Below are positions 39,793-48,931 of a stretch of DNA of 64,000 bases, in pieces (the first letter of the stretch is position 1; every line of letters starts with the position of its first letter). Position numbers and translations under genes: made by a program. Origin of the DNA: a phage; sequence record PZ347775.1; one strand, written 5' to 3'. Under the pieces are notes generated by a model, which was not told the origin of the DNA, did no database searches, and saw nothing but the letters and a program-made list of their open reading frames with translations.

Positions 39793-39966
39793 ACTCCAAA
39801 GAGTTTATAAACTATTTCGACATCGCCTTTTGCTGCTTTATAACCTTCAGCCCAGGATACAACCGAATTTTTATCTGAAGATTCAAACTCTGGCATTGGG
39901 CTTTCACCAATATTCACGCAGTATGTTTCTTCATTCTCGTCGAACCAAATAATTAAAGTAGTCATT
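39793..39966 (-). CDS. hypothetical small protein (57 aa; below ORF-track cutoff)
   Basis: Hand translation from ATG at 39964-39966: MTTLIIWFDENEETYCVNIGESPMPEF...; fills an otherwise empty interval. Confidence 0.3.
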
Positions 39967-40039
39967 TATTTCTCCGTTTCTGTATTTGTTTTGATAAGTC
40001 TATAATAACACCATCCTTGGTGTTTGTACATCATTATTT

Positions 40040-40372
40040 TTAATTTTTCCAACTTAACAACTTGTAGTGTCCTTCATTCATACGTGGTTTATCCCAAGAA
40101 ATACTAATATATGATTCACTGTCAATAGAAGTCGCCGGGTTTTTCTCTACCGTAAGACCTTCACTTTCCAGCCATTCAATAGTATTTGCGCATAAATCTG
40201 AAGAACACCTCATCGGAAACCGGCAAGATTTTTCACCTTTAGCTGCAGTGTTATACATCTTTTCTAAAATACGCTTTTGCACGTTTTTAAAAATAGTTTC
40301 AGCAGATTCTTCAGATTTTTTATTCAGTTCAATATAAAGACTCATAACATTCTTCTCATTAATAGGGCTCAT
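40040..40372 (-). CDS. hypothetical protein
   Basis: 110 aa ORF. Confidence 0.45.
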   Translation of the reverse strand: MSPINEKNVMSLYIELNKKSEESAETIFKNVQKRILEKMYNTAAKGEKSCRFPMRCSSDLCANTIEWLESEGLTVEKNPATSIDSESYISISWDKPRMNEGHYKLLSWKN

Positions 40373-40400
40373 AATATCTCAATCATGAGCCTGTGTAAAC

Positions 40401-40727
40401 TTATTTCATATTATTGAAATATTCTTCTGCGATTTCGTCGTTATCATGGTAAACTTTAGAAGACAGTTTAACATAACCTTCAGCAGTGAACATGTTAATC
40501 ACAACCTTTACAGTATACCACTGACCATCTTCATTACCCATTACTGCATAGGTTTCAAACATCGGATGGTCAGGACCGATAACTTTAATATCATTCACTG
40601 TACGACCGAAATCTTCTGAAACGCATTTCATAAAGAAGTTGAACAGTTCGCCGTAATTATCCATTTTATTCTCCAAGTTGTTTTCTGTATCAGTAGTTGA
40701 TAGTTGTATAGTACCACGGAAAAACAT
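40401..40727 (-). CDS. hypothetical protein
   Basis: 108 aa ORF. Confidence 0.45.
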   Translation of the reverse strand: MFFRGTIQLSTTDTENNLENKMDNYGELFNFFMKCVSEDFGRTVNDIKVIGPDHPMFETYAVMGNEDGQWYTVKVVINMFTAEGYVKLSSKVYHDNDEIAEEYFNNMK

Positions 40728-40874
40728 GGATGTAAACAGTTTTGTGAAAAAATTTTAAAAAGTTTTAGGGAATTCTAGGGAAGGGATGGGCAATTAAAGG
40801 ATAGGATAATATATTATAAAGGGTATAAACTAAATGATGCCTAGAGAGGCGCGGAAAGGCCTAGATACCAAAAA

Positions 40875-40896
40875 GCCCCAACCTTTTGGTCGGGGT
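40875..40896 (-). terminator. hairpin plus U-run terminator (repeat copy A)
   Basis: CCCCGACC-AAAA-GGUUGGGG then CUUUU on minus-strand RNA, 3' of the IP-like gene. Confidence 0.5.
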
Positions 40897-40904
40897 TAAG
40901 AATG

Positions 40905-41378
40905 TTATTTGATTTGTTTAGCAGACCAAATGCGGTCTTTAATAATTTTTTGGATGTCTTCAACATACTCAAGAGAGTGAACATGTGGATTATCTTTGAA
41001 ACTATAGGCACGGGCTAACTTTTGGCCTTCGGTTTTGATTACTAAAAGCTCTTTAAGGATAGCTTCATACTTAGCGATAATTCCTTTAACAATATTTTTT
41101 TCTTGTGTAGCTTTAGGATCTGCTTTAGGAGCAGGTTTACCCGAAGCCTTTGCAAAAGCAGCACCAGTAGCAACTAAACTTTTCCAGGCCATACTAACCG
41201 CATTTCCCGTAAATCCTTCGGCTTTCATATCACGAGCAAATTGGAATCGTGATTCATCGGAAGCATCTTTATAGGAATATTTACCCGCGGCAATGGCAGC
41301 TTTTGCAACAGCTTGAATTTCAGTGCTAGATGCTTCATTTAACACCGCTTCATTTAAAAATTGAGCATATGATTTCAT
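40905..41378 (-). CDS. internal-protein-like capsid-targeted protein (CTS-like MKSYAQFLNEA)
   Basis: 157 aa, Ala/Lys-rich, CTS-like N-terminus; flanked by two near-identical hairpins. Confidence 0.55.
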   Translation of the reverse strand: MKSYAQFLNEAVLNEASSTEIQAVAKAAIAAGKYSYKDASDESRFQFARDMKAEGFTGNAVSMAWKSLVATGAAFAKASGKPAPKADPKATQEKNIVKGIIAKYEAILKELLVIKTEGQKLARAYSFKDNPHVHSLEYVEDIQKIIKDRIWSAKQIK

Positions 41379-41429
41379 CTTATTTCCTGTTTTAATTCGT
41401 GGTTTTAATATACTTATTTATACTAAAAA

Positions 41430-41451
41430 GCCCCAACCTTTCGGTCGGGGC
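41430..41451 (-). terminator. hairpin plus U-run terminator (repeat copy B)
   Basis: Near-identical to copy A (two transitions). Confidence 0.5.
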
Positions 41452-41459
41452 TAAGCCTT

Positions 41460-41760
41460 GCGGCAACCTTGTCGGGGTTCCACCTGCTAAGGCAAGTGTT
41501 TGTACGAAACGCCGGGATTCGAACCCGGTTATTAAGCAGTTGACGCTACTTAATATTTTTAAAAGGCCATATCTCGACCATATCCGAACGTTCCGTCAAA
41601 AACGCTACTCGGCTTACGGCAAAGATATTTCCTCGAATCGATAATTCTGTGCGCCGTTTCTGCTGTGATGTAAGGGGATATTAATAAATCATAAAGATTT
41701 ATTAAGACCAGTCCTTACACAGGGAACATCAGTCCGACGACTTACCGGTAGCGACCCGGT
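41460..41760 (-). ncRNA. candidate stable RNA region with tRNA-like T-arm (possible counterpart of T4 species 1/2 RNAs); boundaries uncertain
   Basis: No ORF of 60 aa or more; contains ccgggttcgaatcccgg (perfect T-stem-loop consensus on minus strand) and further hairpins; T4 has small stable RNAs in its tRNA region. Confidence 0.3.
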
Positions 41761-41763
41761 TTC

Positions 41764-42114
41764 TTAATATTCTTTTAAAGCATCAATCTGTTCACGACGT
41801 TTACGCCATAAATCAATTGCTTCATACGCAGATTCAGCATTTCGAATTGGACGGCATTTATATAAAGACTCGTGATTTTGATATTGCGTAGATAACGTAA
41901 TTTTATCTAAAAGGTCTTTACGTTCAAAGTATTCGTAACCATCTAAGCCAAATGAACGATTTTTGAGAAATTGCCAATGACCATATTCGTTTTCGACATA
42001 AACATAATCCGCGTGTTGATAAAGCAAATTAATTACACGTTCAGAAATAACAGTGTCATTGTGATTAAAATAAAATGTTAAATCATGAACTACTAAATAA
42101 ACATTACCTTTCAT
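41764..42114 (-). CDS. hypothetical protein
   Basis: 116 aa ORF immediately downstream of the tRNA cluster. Confidence 0.45.
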   Translation of the reverse strand: MKGNVYLVVHDLTFYFNHNDTVISERVINLLYQHADYVYVENEYGHWQFLKNRSFGLDGYEYFERKDLLDKITLSTQYQNHESLYKCRPIRNAESAYEAIDLWRKRREQIDALKEY

Positions 42115-42130
42115 ATTTTCCTCACTTAAT

Positions 42131-42206
42131 TGGTCGAGGCAGTAGGGATCGAACCTACGACCTAGGACTTAGAAGGTCCTTGCTCTTCCTTCTGAGCTAT
42201 GCCCCG
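42131..42206 (-). tRNA. tRNA-Arg (anticodon UCU)
   Basis: Hand-folded cloverleaf on minus strand: acceptor CGGGGCA/TGCCTCG, anticodon loop CTTCTAA, T-loop GGTTCGATCC, encoded CCA. Confidence 0.8.
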
Positions 42207-42210
42207 TAAT

Positions 42211-42286
42211 TGGGGTGACCGATGGGAGTCGAACCCATGACTACGAGAATCACAATCTCGAGTTCTACCAACTGAACTACGGCCAC
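42211..42286 (-). tRNA. tRNA-His (anticodon GUG), no encoded G-1
   Basis: Acceptor GTGGCCG/CGGTCAC, anticodon loop TTGTGAT, discriminator C, CCA; resembles E. coli tRNA-His. Confidence 0.7.
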
Positions 42287-42400
42287 ATTAATACCTACTC
42301 CAACAATCAAGATGTCTTCACACGAAATTAAGAGAAGAGTGATCAGTTCAACCCCGATAATCGCGTCAAGTAGATATTAATGTGACAGTTGTCACAAATT

Positions 42401-42475
42401 TGGCGGACGTGATAGGATTCGAACCTATAACCAATCGCTTAACAGGCGATCGCTCTGCCATTGAGCTACACATCC
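42401..42475 (-). tRNA. tRNA-Asn (anticodon GUU)
   Basis: Acceptor GGATGTG/CACGTCC, anticodon loop CTGTTAA, T-loop GGTTCGAATCC, CCA. Confidence 0.75.
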
Positions 42476-42479
42476 AAAT

Positions 42480-42566
42480 TGGTGGGGAGTGATGGAGTCG
42501 AACCACCCGAGTCGCAATGACAATGGATTTACAGTCCACACCGCTACCTCTACGGGATAACTCCCC
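42480..42566 (-). tRNA. tRNA-Tyr (anticodon GUA), class II with long variable arm
   Basis: Acceptor GGGGAGT/ACTCCCC, anticodon loop CTGTAAA, long variable arm TGTCATTGCGACTCG, CCA. Confidence 0.75.
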
Positions 42567-42579
42567 TTAATTCTTAATT

Positions 42580-42654
42580 TGGTGGCCCTGGGTGGAATTG
42601 AACCACCATCTGGCGATTATGAGTCGCTTGCTTGAACCTTCCAGCTACAGGGCC
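42580..42654 (-). tRNA. tRNA with anticodon CAU (Met, or Ile if C34 is modified as reported for T4 tRNA-Ile)
   Basis: Acceptor GGCCCTG/CAGGGCC, anticodon loop CTCATAA, T-loop GGTTCAATTCC, CCA. Confidence 0.7.
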
Positions 42655-42655
42655 T

Positions 42656-42732
42656 TGGTGCTGATTGACGGAATCGAACCGCCGACCTTCTCATTACAAG
42701 TGAGTTGCTCTACCTACTGAGCTAAATCAGCA
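42656..42732 (-). tRNA. tRNA-Thr (anticodon UGU)
   Basis: Acceptor TGCTGAT/ATCAGCA, anticodon loop CTTGTAA, T-loop GGTTCGATTCC, CCA. Confidence 0.8.
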
Positions 42733-42736
42733 AAAC

Positions 42737-42826
42737 TGGCGGAGGCGATAGGATTTGAACCTATGAGTCGCCGGAGCGACTGCCGGTTTTCAAGACCGGT
42801 GCATTAAACCACTCTGCCACGCCTCC
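42737..42826 (-). tRNA. tRNA-Ser (anticodon UGA), class II
   Basis: Acceptor GGAGGCG/CGCCTCC, anticodon stem CCGGT/ACCGG with loop CTTGAAA, long variable arm, CCA. Confidence 0.8.
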
Positions 42827-42828
42827 AG

Positions 42829-42902
42829 TCTCCATACAAGGATTTGAACCTTGGACCTCCTGATCCCAAATCAGGCGCTCTACCAAACTGAGCTACACGG
42901 AG
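42829..42902 (-). tRNA. tRNA-Pro (anticodon UGG), CCA not encoded
   Basis: Acceptor CTCCGTG/TATGGAG, anticodon loop TTTGGGA, T-loop GGTTCAAATCC; 3' end is A-CU not CCA. Confidence 0.75.
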
Positions 42903-42912
42903 TAAATTAAAT

Positions 42913-42986
<74 letters not shown>

Positions 42987-42991
42987 AAATT

Positions 42992-43078
42992 TGGTGCGAG
43001 AAGTGGGACTCGAACCCACAAGGAAATCATTCCGCAGCATTTTAAGTGCTGTGCCTTTACCAATTTGACCATTCTCGC
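42992..43078 (-). tRNA. tRNA-Leu (anticodon UAA), class II
   Basis: Acceptor GCGAGAA/TTCTCGC, anticodon stem CAGCA/TGCTG with loop CTTAAAA, long variable arm, CCA. Confidence 0.8.
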
Positions 43079-43079
43079 G

Positions 43080-43152
43080 CTGGGAATAAAGGACTCGAAC
43101 CTTTGCATCCTGGAATCAAAATCCAGTGCCTTACCAACTTGGCTAATTCCCA
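43080..43152 (-). tRNA. tRNA-Gln (anticodon UUG), CCA not encoded
   Basis: Acceptor TGGGAAT/ATTCCCA, anticodon loop TTTTGAT, T-loop GGTTCGAGTCC; first gene of the cluster. Confidence 0.8.
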
Positions 43153-43153
43153 A

Positions 43154-43190
43154 TTATTAACAAAGGCTCTCAAGCAAGAACCCTTGATGA
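43154..43190 (-). promoter_or_regulatory. putative middle promoter for the tRNA cluster
   Basis: Minus-strand cTTGCTTGA then ~11 nt then TAATAAT ending a few nt upstream of tRNA-Gln. Confidence 0.35.
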
Positions 43191-43249
43191 TAGAGGGTAT
43201 TAATCAGTGCGATATGAGTTAATAATAACAAATAATTCTTAAAGCATAT

Positions 43250-43537
43250 TTACCATTTATGATAATACATATTTATGATGCATTCAAGACCCAAAGGATT
43301 CTTGAAAATATCATATTCAAGAGGACCTTTTTCTGTTTCAATAAAGAAATCAAAGTTAACTGTATTAAATTTACGATCTTCCTTTACTAATTTAACCTGC
43401 GAAGATGAACGATCAATGTAAACCTTTTCAACTTCAAAACATGTTAAAATGCCATAATCATTAATCAAGGCTTTAGCTGCTTCTTGATCATATTTATATC
43501 CATTTTCAACAGACGATACTTTTGCATAAAGAATCAT
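43250..43537 (-). CDS. hypothetical protein
   Basis: 95 aa ORF upstream of tRNA cluster. Confidence 0.45.
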   Translation of the reverse strand: MILYAKVSSVENGYKYDQEAAKALINDYGILTCFEVEKVYIDRSSSQVKLVKEDRKFNTVNFDFFIETEKGPLEYDIFKNPLGLECIINMYYHKW

Positions 43538-43539
43538 TA

Positions 43540-43944
43540 TTAACCTTTATCAACAATAGTGTGAGTATGGACATTTACAATTTGCCACCAATCGAAACTA
43601 TCGCCAAATCGTTTTGATTTATTGTCTTCAATAATTTGACGTAATTCATCTTCTGTTTCAGCATACGCAATCAAATCATCATATCCACCGCAAGGATAAT
43701 AATTATCGCCTGCAAACAAAAGAAAATTTACTTTAGATGGGTCTACATAATAATGCTCTTTAGGATATTTAGTTCCTTTCCAATCAGTTACTTCAACATA
43801 ACGGTAAGAAAATCCATTTTTACTTTCAACCCAACTCCACGCTTCAAAAGGAGTATTAAAAACTCTATCAGGTATTAAATTACCTTCAAAATGAGAAGGA
43901 TTTGCATAATCCCCAGCATAAACATAATATTCGTTAATATTCAT
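43540..43944 (-). CDS. hypothetical protein
   Basis: 134 aa ORF. Confidence 0.5.
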   Translation of the reverse strand: MNINEYYVYAGDYANPSHFEGNLIPDRVFNTPFEAWSWVESKNGFSYRYVEVTDWKGTKYPKEHYYVDPSKVNFLLFAGDNYYPCGGYDDLIAYAETEDELRQIIEDNKSKRFGDSFDWWQIVNVHTHTIVDKG

Positions 43945-44130
43945 TTATTCACCTTTAGAAATTTTATCCATAACGATAGCAATTAAACCAATTAAAAATG
44001 CTACTACAAGTGAAAATACATTTTCTGCTGTAGTTAATAATCCGCATATAAATCCAACAAACATTGAAAAACTAAAAGCGGAAGCAGAAATTGCAATAGC
44101 AACATTTCGAATTAATTCACAACGTTTCAT
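43945..44130 (-). CDS. small membrane protein
   Basis: 61 aa, largely hydrophobic. Confidence 0.45.
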   Translation of the reverse strand: MKRCELIRNVAIAISASAFSFSMFVGFICGLLTTAENVFSLVVAFLIGLIAIVMDKISKGE

Positions 44131-44198
44131 TTTATTCTCCTCAGTAGTTGATAGGGTAATAATATCACTACCCCATCTAAAAGTAAACGGTTTATAAA

Positions 44199-44507
44199 CT
44201 ATTTTATTCCGCGTGATGCAATTGTGTTCTGCCGTTTAACACCAGTTTGTTTAAAGTCATGATTGTCGATTTGATCGGTACGAGCAACACCGAATGATGA
44301 TTTAATCTTAGCTTTAGATCCTTTAGTTATAGAAATAAACATCTCGGAAGCCCCTTTCTTAAAGTCCGAGGCGATTACTTCAACGCCGTTCTTAGCAAGT
44401 GACCTCAGAATTGCCTCCGCGTACTCATCATCAAGACTCGCCTGAGTATTAATAACGAATGTCTTTGGTGCAGTCGCTTCATTGATAAATTCTTGATATG
44501 TTTTCAT
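44199..44507 (-). CDS. internal-protein-like capsid-targeted protein (ipI locus; ORF track to 44519; CTS MKTYQEFINEA from internal Met)
   Basis: CTS motif 4 codons into the ORF; position upstream of 57B matches the T4 ipI locus. Confidence 0.6.
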   Translation of the reverse strand: MKTYQEFINEATAPKTFVINTQASLDDEYAEAILRSLAKNGVEVIASDFKKGASEMFISITKGSKAKIKSSFGVARTDQIDNHDFKQTGVKRQNTIASRGIK

Positions 44508-44574
44508 TTTGATTTCCATTTAGTTTTGTTTTGATAGGGTAATAGTATCACAACTAAACCACCGTGTAAACAAT

Positions 44575-44847
44575 TTATTTTAAATAAATTGCATATTTTT
44601 TATAACCAGCCGTCTCGTGACGCAGACCTTTTTCATTAGCAAAGCGTTCAATATTATTAATTTGATTCTGATCAAGTTCTGAAATATCAAATACAAAAAA
44701 GTTTCGTTTATTTCCTAACGTTACATGATTCGTCAAATCAATGTTATAAAGATGATTTATATTATCAATCATAGTCTTAACAGATTTGCTAATTTTTACT
44801 TCTTCATTAAGAGCAGATTCAACGATAAACTCTTTGAAAGTTTTCAT
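44575..44847 (-). CDS. internal-protein-like capsid-targeted protein (CTS MKTFKEFIVES)
   Basis: 90 aa with CTS N-terminus. Confidence 0.6.
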   Translation of the reverse strand: MKTFKEFIVESALNEEVKISKSVKTMIDNINHLYNIDLTNHVTLGNKRNFFVFDISELDQNQINNIERFANEKGLRHETAGYKKYAIYLK

Positions 44848-44919
44848 TTTATTTTCCTAATTAATTTTGATGAGGTAATAGTATCACTACCTCATCAACG
44901 TGTAAACAACTTTGTGAAA

Positions 44920-45616
<697 letters not shown>

Positions 45617-45617
<1 letters not shown>

Positions 45618-46330
45618 TATAGTACCTTTAGTGTATTTTTAATTTTAGAAAAAAGTTCTTCAAGAGAACCATCGTTTGTAATTACTAAATCGCCATCACG
45701 AATTGGCAATCCAGCTTCTGTAATATGAGTATCATTGGATTTTTGACCAGGACGAACTACATGAATTACTGTAGCACCCATCGCCCTAGCCGCATCCATT
45801 TCATGATCTTGACGAGTATCAGGAACGATATAATAATCATAACCTGAGTTAAATTTATCAAGATAATCTAAAGCAAATAATTTTACCCAATACATGCGGT
45901 CGAAGTTATTAACAATCAAATCCGTACCTAGGGCTTGCATCAGACGACGGACTGACCATTGATCTTCAATATTATTTATAACGTCAGTAATCTTGTTAAA
46001 TGCTACGAAATTAACTGCGTCATCAAAAACAAACACACCTTTAATTGGGCTTTTACTATTAAGATAGCAAAATGCTTGTTCCATAATCGTAATTACTTCT
46101 AATTTAGTCAGATTTAAATTAGTTTCACGATCATAGTCAATTCCTTCAAACTCTTTACGAGTTAAACAAGGATAGCCAGTGTTTGCTGCAAATACGCCCC
46201 ATGCATAAGCCAATGCATCTTTAATAGGACCAGCAAGTTGATATTTAACTGCAGAATAATTATTCATGATAAAATCTGCAGTAGTATCTTTTCCACTACG
46301 CTTTACACCACTTAAAAAGATTAGTTTCAT
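45617..46330 (-). CDS. 1: deoxynucleoside monophosphate kinase gp1
   Basis: 237 aa, N-terminal P-loop FLSGVKRSGKDT; T4 position. Confidence 0.85.
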
Positions 46331-46379
46331 ATGTTTCTCCTCAAATTTAGTTAAGATTATAACACATGAAACTGAAGCA

Positions 46380-46910
46380 TTAAACTTCTGCTATAATTTT
46401 GCCATCTTTTTCTACTTGAAAATACGTATAAGGAATCGTTGCTGTGCATACTAAGGCTGGGTCTGAATCTTCTGTGTAGCTAAATTCTACTTCAGACAGG
46501 TCAGAAACCCAGGGCTTATAAAAATTTATTGACATCACGATTTCAGTTTTACTATTATCTAAAATGTAAAGCGTAATGTATTCAGGACCTGTTTTTTGGG
46601 CAGTATTTTCGCCTGTAAGATAGTTGCTAGTTCCTAGCATCCATTCATACATTCCTATCCACGACTTAAGTTCTTCATCAACTATAAATCTCACAATGAG
46701 TGGGTCGTACTCAAATGTAACACCTGGACGTTGTGCTCGGCCTAGTCCAAACGGCCCAGTCACGGTATCAGTAACAGGTATCCTAATTCCCGGAATAGGA
46801 ACTGACTGAGCATTTAAAGTAAAAGCAGATGTAGTATTACTATGCGGTATTGATACTACAAAGTTAGTTGTATTTGCTTGGTTAAAAATTTGTTGTAGTG
46901 CTTGCGACAT
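46380..46910 (-). CDS. 3: tail completion/sheath stabiliser gp3 (ORF track to 46991; likely start MSQALQQIF)
   Basis: Internal start gives 176 aa as in T4 gp3; gene order 3-2-4. Confidence 0.8.
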   Translation of the reverse strand: MSQALQQIFNQANTTNFVVSIPHSNTTSAFTLNAQSVPIPGIRIPVTDTVTGPFGLGRAQRPGVTFEYDPLIVRFIVDEELKSWIGMYEWMLGTSNYLTGENTAQKTGPEYITLYILDNSKTEIVMSINFYKPWVSDLSEVEFSYTEDSDPALVCTATIPYTYFQVEKDGKIIAEV

Positions 46911-47016
46911 ATATTCCTCATAATGCTTCATAGATGTTAGTGGTATAATGGGTCTAAGTCTCTTCCATTCAATTCCAATTAGAACAAACAATAGAAAAGA
47001 ATGGAAGATAATAGAA

Positions 47017-47841
47017 TTAGATATTTGACCAGACTTTGTTTGCAGAGAAACGTTTTCCTTTTGAAACGAACTGCTGAAGTGGCATTAACACAACGTTCGC
47101 CCAGTCTTTCGGGGCGATTTCAACAAGGCTACCCATAATATTACCAGGTATATATGCCTTAATCATTTGGTCTGCACCCCTAAATCCTTTCACTTGACTC
47201 CAATCAATTTTTAATTTCGTTTTATTAGTAATAGTAGGTGTATTCGAATATTGCTTTAAAAGCTCTTCTAGAAATTGCTGACGAGCTTTAGGTGGAATAT
47301 AGTGCAAGTTCAATCCGTACATTAAATTATGTTTACCTAAACCAAGGTAAATTATCAAAGGAAATTTATCCCAGTAAGGAAGAGTTTCCTTGTGTTTAGC
47401 ATCATAAGCAAAAGCATATATTCGTCCCGGCTGCGGGCGAACAACTTTATGTCCTTTTACCTGCTTAATAGTTTCAGCAAACCACTTTCTGGTTTTATTA
47501 TTAATTGCTGCACCTTCATTACGAATTTTATCACGCAATGTTTGCCTGAATGAATTTATCATAAGCAGTTGTCTTTCTTGCTTATTGAGTTTATTCATTG
47601 GTTTTGATTCAAGCTTTTGAATCTTTTCAGCCGTTTTAATTCCTGAAGCATATTTTGACATTGCCGAAGTAAACGTAGAGTATTTGATTCCTCTTTCTTC
47701 AGCAAATTGCTTTCCTGTCATTCCTTTTGCTTTGGCCTTTCTGTATTCAAGACCTATCTGAATCCATTTCTTTTCATTTAATGATTGCTTAACCTTTGGA
47801 ACTTGGGGAGTGCTTTCATTAATTATTTGAAAAATAGCCAT
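47017..47841 (-). CDS. 2: DNA end-protector gp2
   Basis: 274 aa, same length and position as T4 gp2. Confidence 0.85.
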   Translation of the reverse strand: MAIFQIINESTPQVPKVKQSLNEKKWIQIGLEYRKAKAKGMTGKQFAEERGIKYSTFTSAMSKYASGIKTAEKIQKLESKPMNKLNKQERQLLMINSFRQTLRDKIRNEGAAINNKTRKWFAETIKQVKGHKVVRPQPGRIYAFAYDAKHKETLPYWDKFPLIIYLGLGKHNLMYGLNLHYIPPKARQQFLEELLKQYSNTPTITNKTKLKIDWSQVKGFRGADQMIKAYIPGNIMGSLVEIAPKDWANVVLMPLQQFVSKGKRFSANKVWSNI

Positions 47842-48293
47842 TATGCCCCCTTAAAGCCAAGAGCTCTTAATCCATCTTCTGTTAGAATTCTAAATTTTAT
47901 TCCACGCTTTTCAGCTAAAGCTTGAGCTGCTTTCCATTTGTCAGTATTAACGGAATATGTATAAATTTCATTCATAAATCTTTTCTTCGCTGCAGTTGTT
48001 AGATGTGCTGGTTTAACTGGTGGTTGTGTTTCTTTTTTAGGCTTTATTTCAATAAAAAATTCTTGTCCAGAAGAATCTTTCATCCAAATATCCATGAAGT
48101 ATCTACGTTTTTTCCCTTCTGCATTACAAAAATAAGGAATTACTGCTGTTTCACTACCCCATGCAATAATTTCTGGATTTTTATCTAACCATTCAAAAAA
48201 GAATTTTTCCCAATTTGATCTATACGTAATTTTTTTAGGGTCACCTCTATATTTTGATATATTTTTAGGAACCCATTTTCCAGAATATGCCAT
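47841..48293 (-). CDS. 4: head completion protein gp4
   Basis: 150 aa, same length and position as T4 gp4; start overlaps gp2 stop. Confidence 0.85.
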   Translation of the reverse strand: MAYSGKWVPKNISKYRGDPKKITYRSNWEKFFFEWLDKNPEIIAWGSETAVIPYFCNAEGKKRRYFMDIWMKDSSGQEFFIEIKPKKETQPPVKPAHLTTAAKKRFMNEIYTYSVNTDKWKAAQALAEKRGIKFRILTEDGLRALGFKGA

Positions 48294-48304
48294 TGGATTC
48301 TCCT

Positions 48305-48312
48305 TATAAATA
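48305..48312 (+). promoter_or_regulatory. late promoter TATAAATA for gene 53 operon
   Basis: Exact T4 late -10 consensus ~30 nt upstream of gp53 ATG. Confidence 0.65.
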
Positions 48313-48319
48313 GATAATA

Positions 48320-48327
48320 TATTTATA
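48320..48327 (-). promoter_or_regulatory. late promoter TATAAATA (minus strand) for gene 4/2/3 operon
   Basis: Reverse-complement TATAAATA ~27 nt upstream of gp4 start; divergent with the gp53 promoter. Confidence 0.55.
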
Positions 48328-48340
48328 AACAGGAGGGCCC

Positions 48341-48931
48341 ATGCTCTTTACATTTTTTGATCCGATTGAATATGCGGCCAAAACGGTGAATAAAAACGCG
48401 CCGACTATTCCTATGACAGATATTTTTAGAAACTATAAAGACTATTTCAAACGTGCTCTTGCAGGATACCGCTTACGTACTTATTATATTAAAGGTTCAC
48501 CACGCCCGGAAGAATTAGCAAATGCTATATATGGAAATCCGCAGTTGTATTGGGTTTTATTGATGTGTAATGATAATTATGATCCGTATTATGGATGGAT
48601 TACTTCGCAAGAAGCTGCTTATCAAGCATCTATACAAAAATACAAAAACGTAGGTGGAGACCAAATAGTATATCATGTGAATGAGAACGGTGAAAAATTT
48701 TATAATTTAATATCATACGATGATAATCCATATGTTTGGTATGACAAAGGCGATAAAGCTAGAAAATATCCTCAATATGAAGGAGCACTTGCTGCGGTCG
48801 ATACGTATGAAGCTGCTGTTCTTGAAAATGAAAAACTTCGTCAAATAAAAATAATAGCAAAATCAGACATCAATTCATTTATGAACGACCTTATACGTAT
48901 AATGGAGAAATCTTATGGAAATGATAAGTAA
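48341..48931 (+). CDS. 53: baseplate wedge protein gp53
   Basis: 196 aa, first plus-strand late gene, preceded by TATAAATA and AGGAGG. Confidence 0.88.
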   Translation: MLFTFFDPIEYAAKTVNKNAPTIPMTDIFRNYKDYFKRALAGYRLRTYYIKGSPRPEELANAIYGNPQLYWVLLMCNDNYDPYYGWITSQEAAYQASIQKYKNVGGDQIVYHVNENGEKFYNLISYDDNPYVWYDKGDKARKYPQYEGALAAVDTYEAAVLENEKLRQIKIIAKSDINSFMNDLIRIMEKSYGNDK

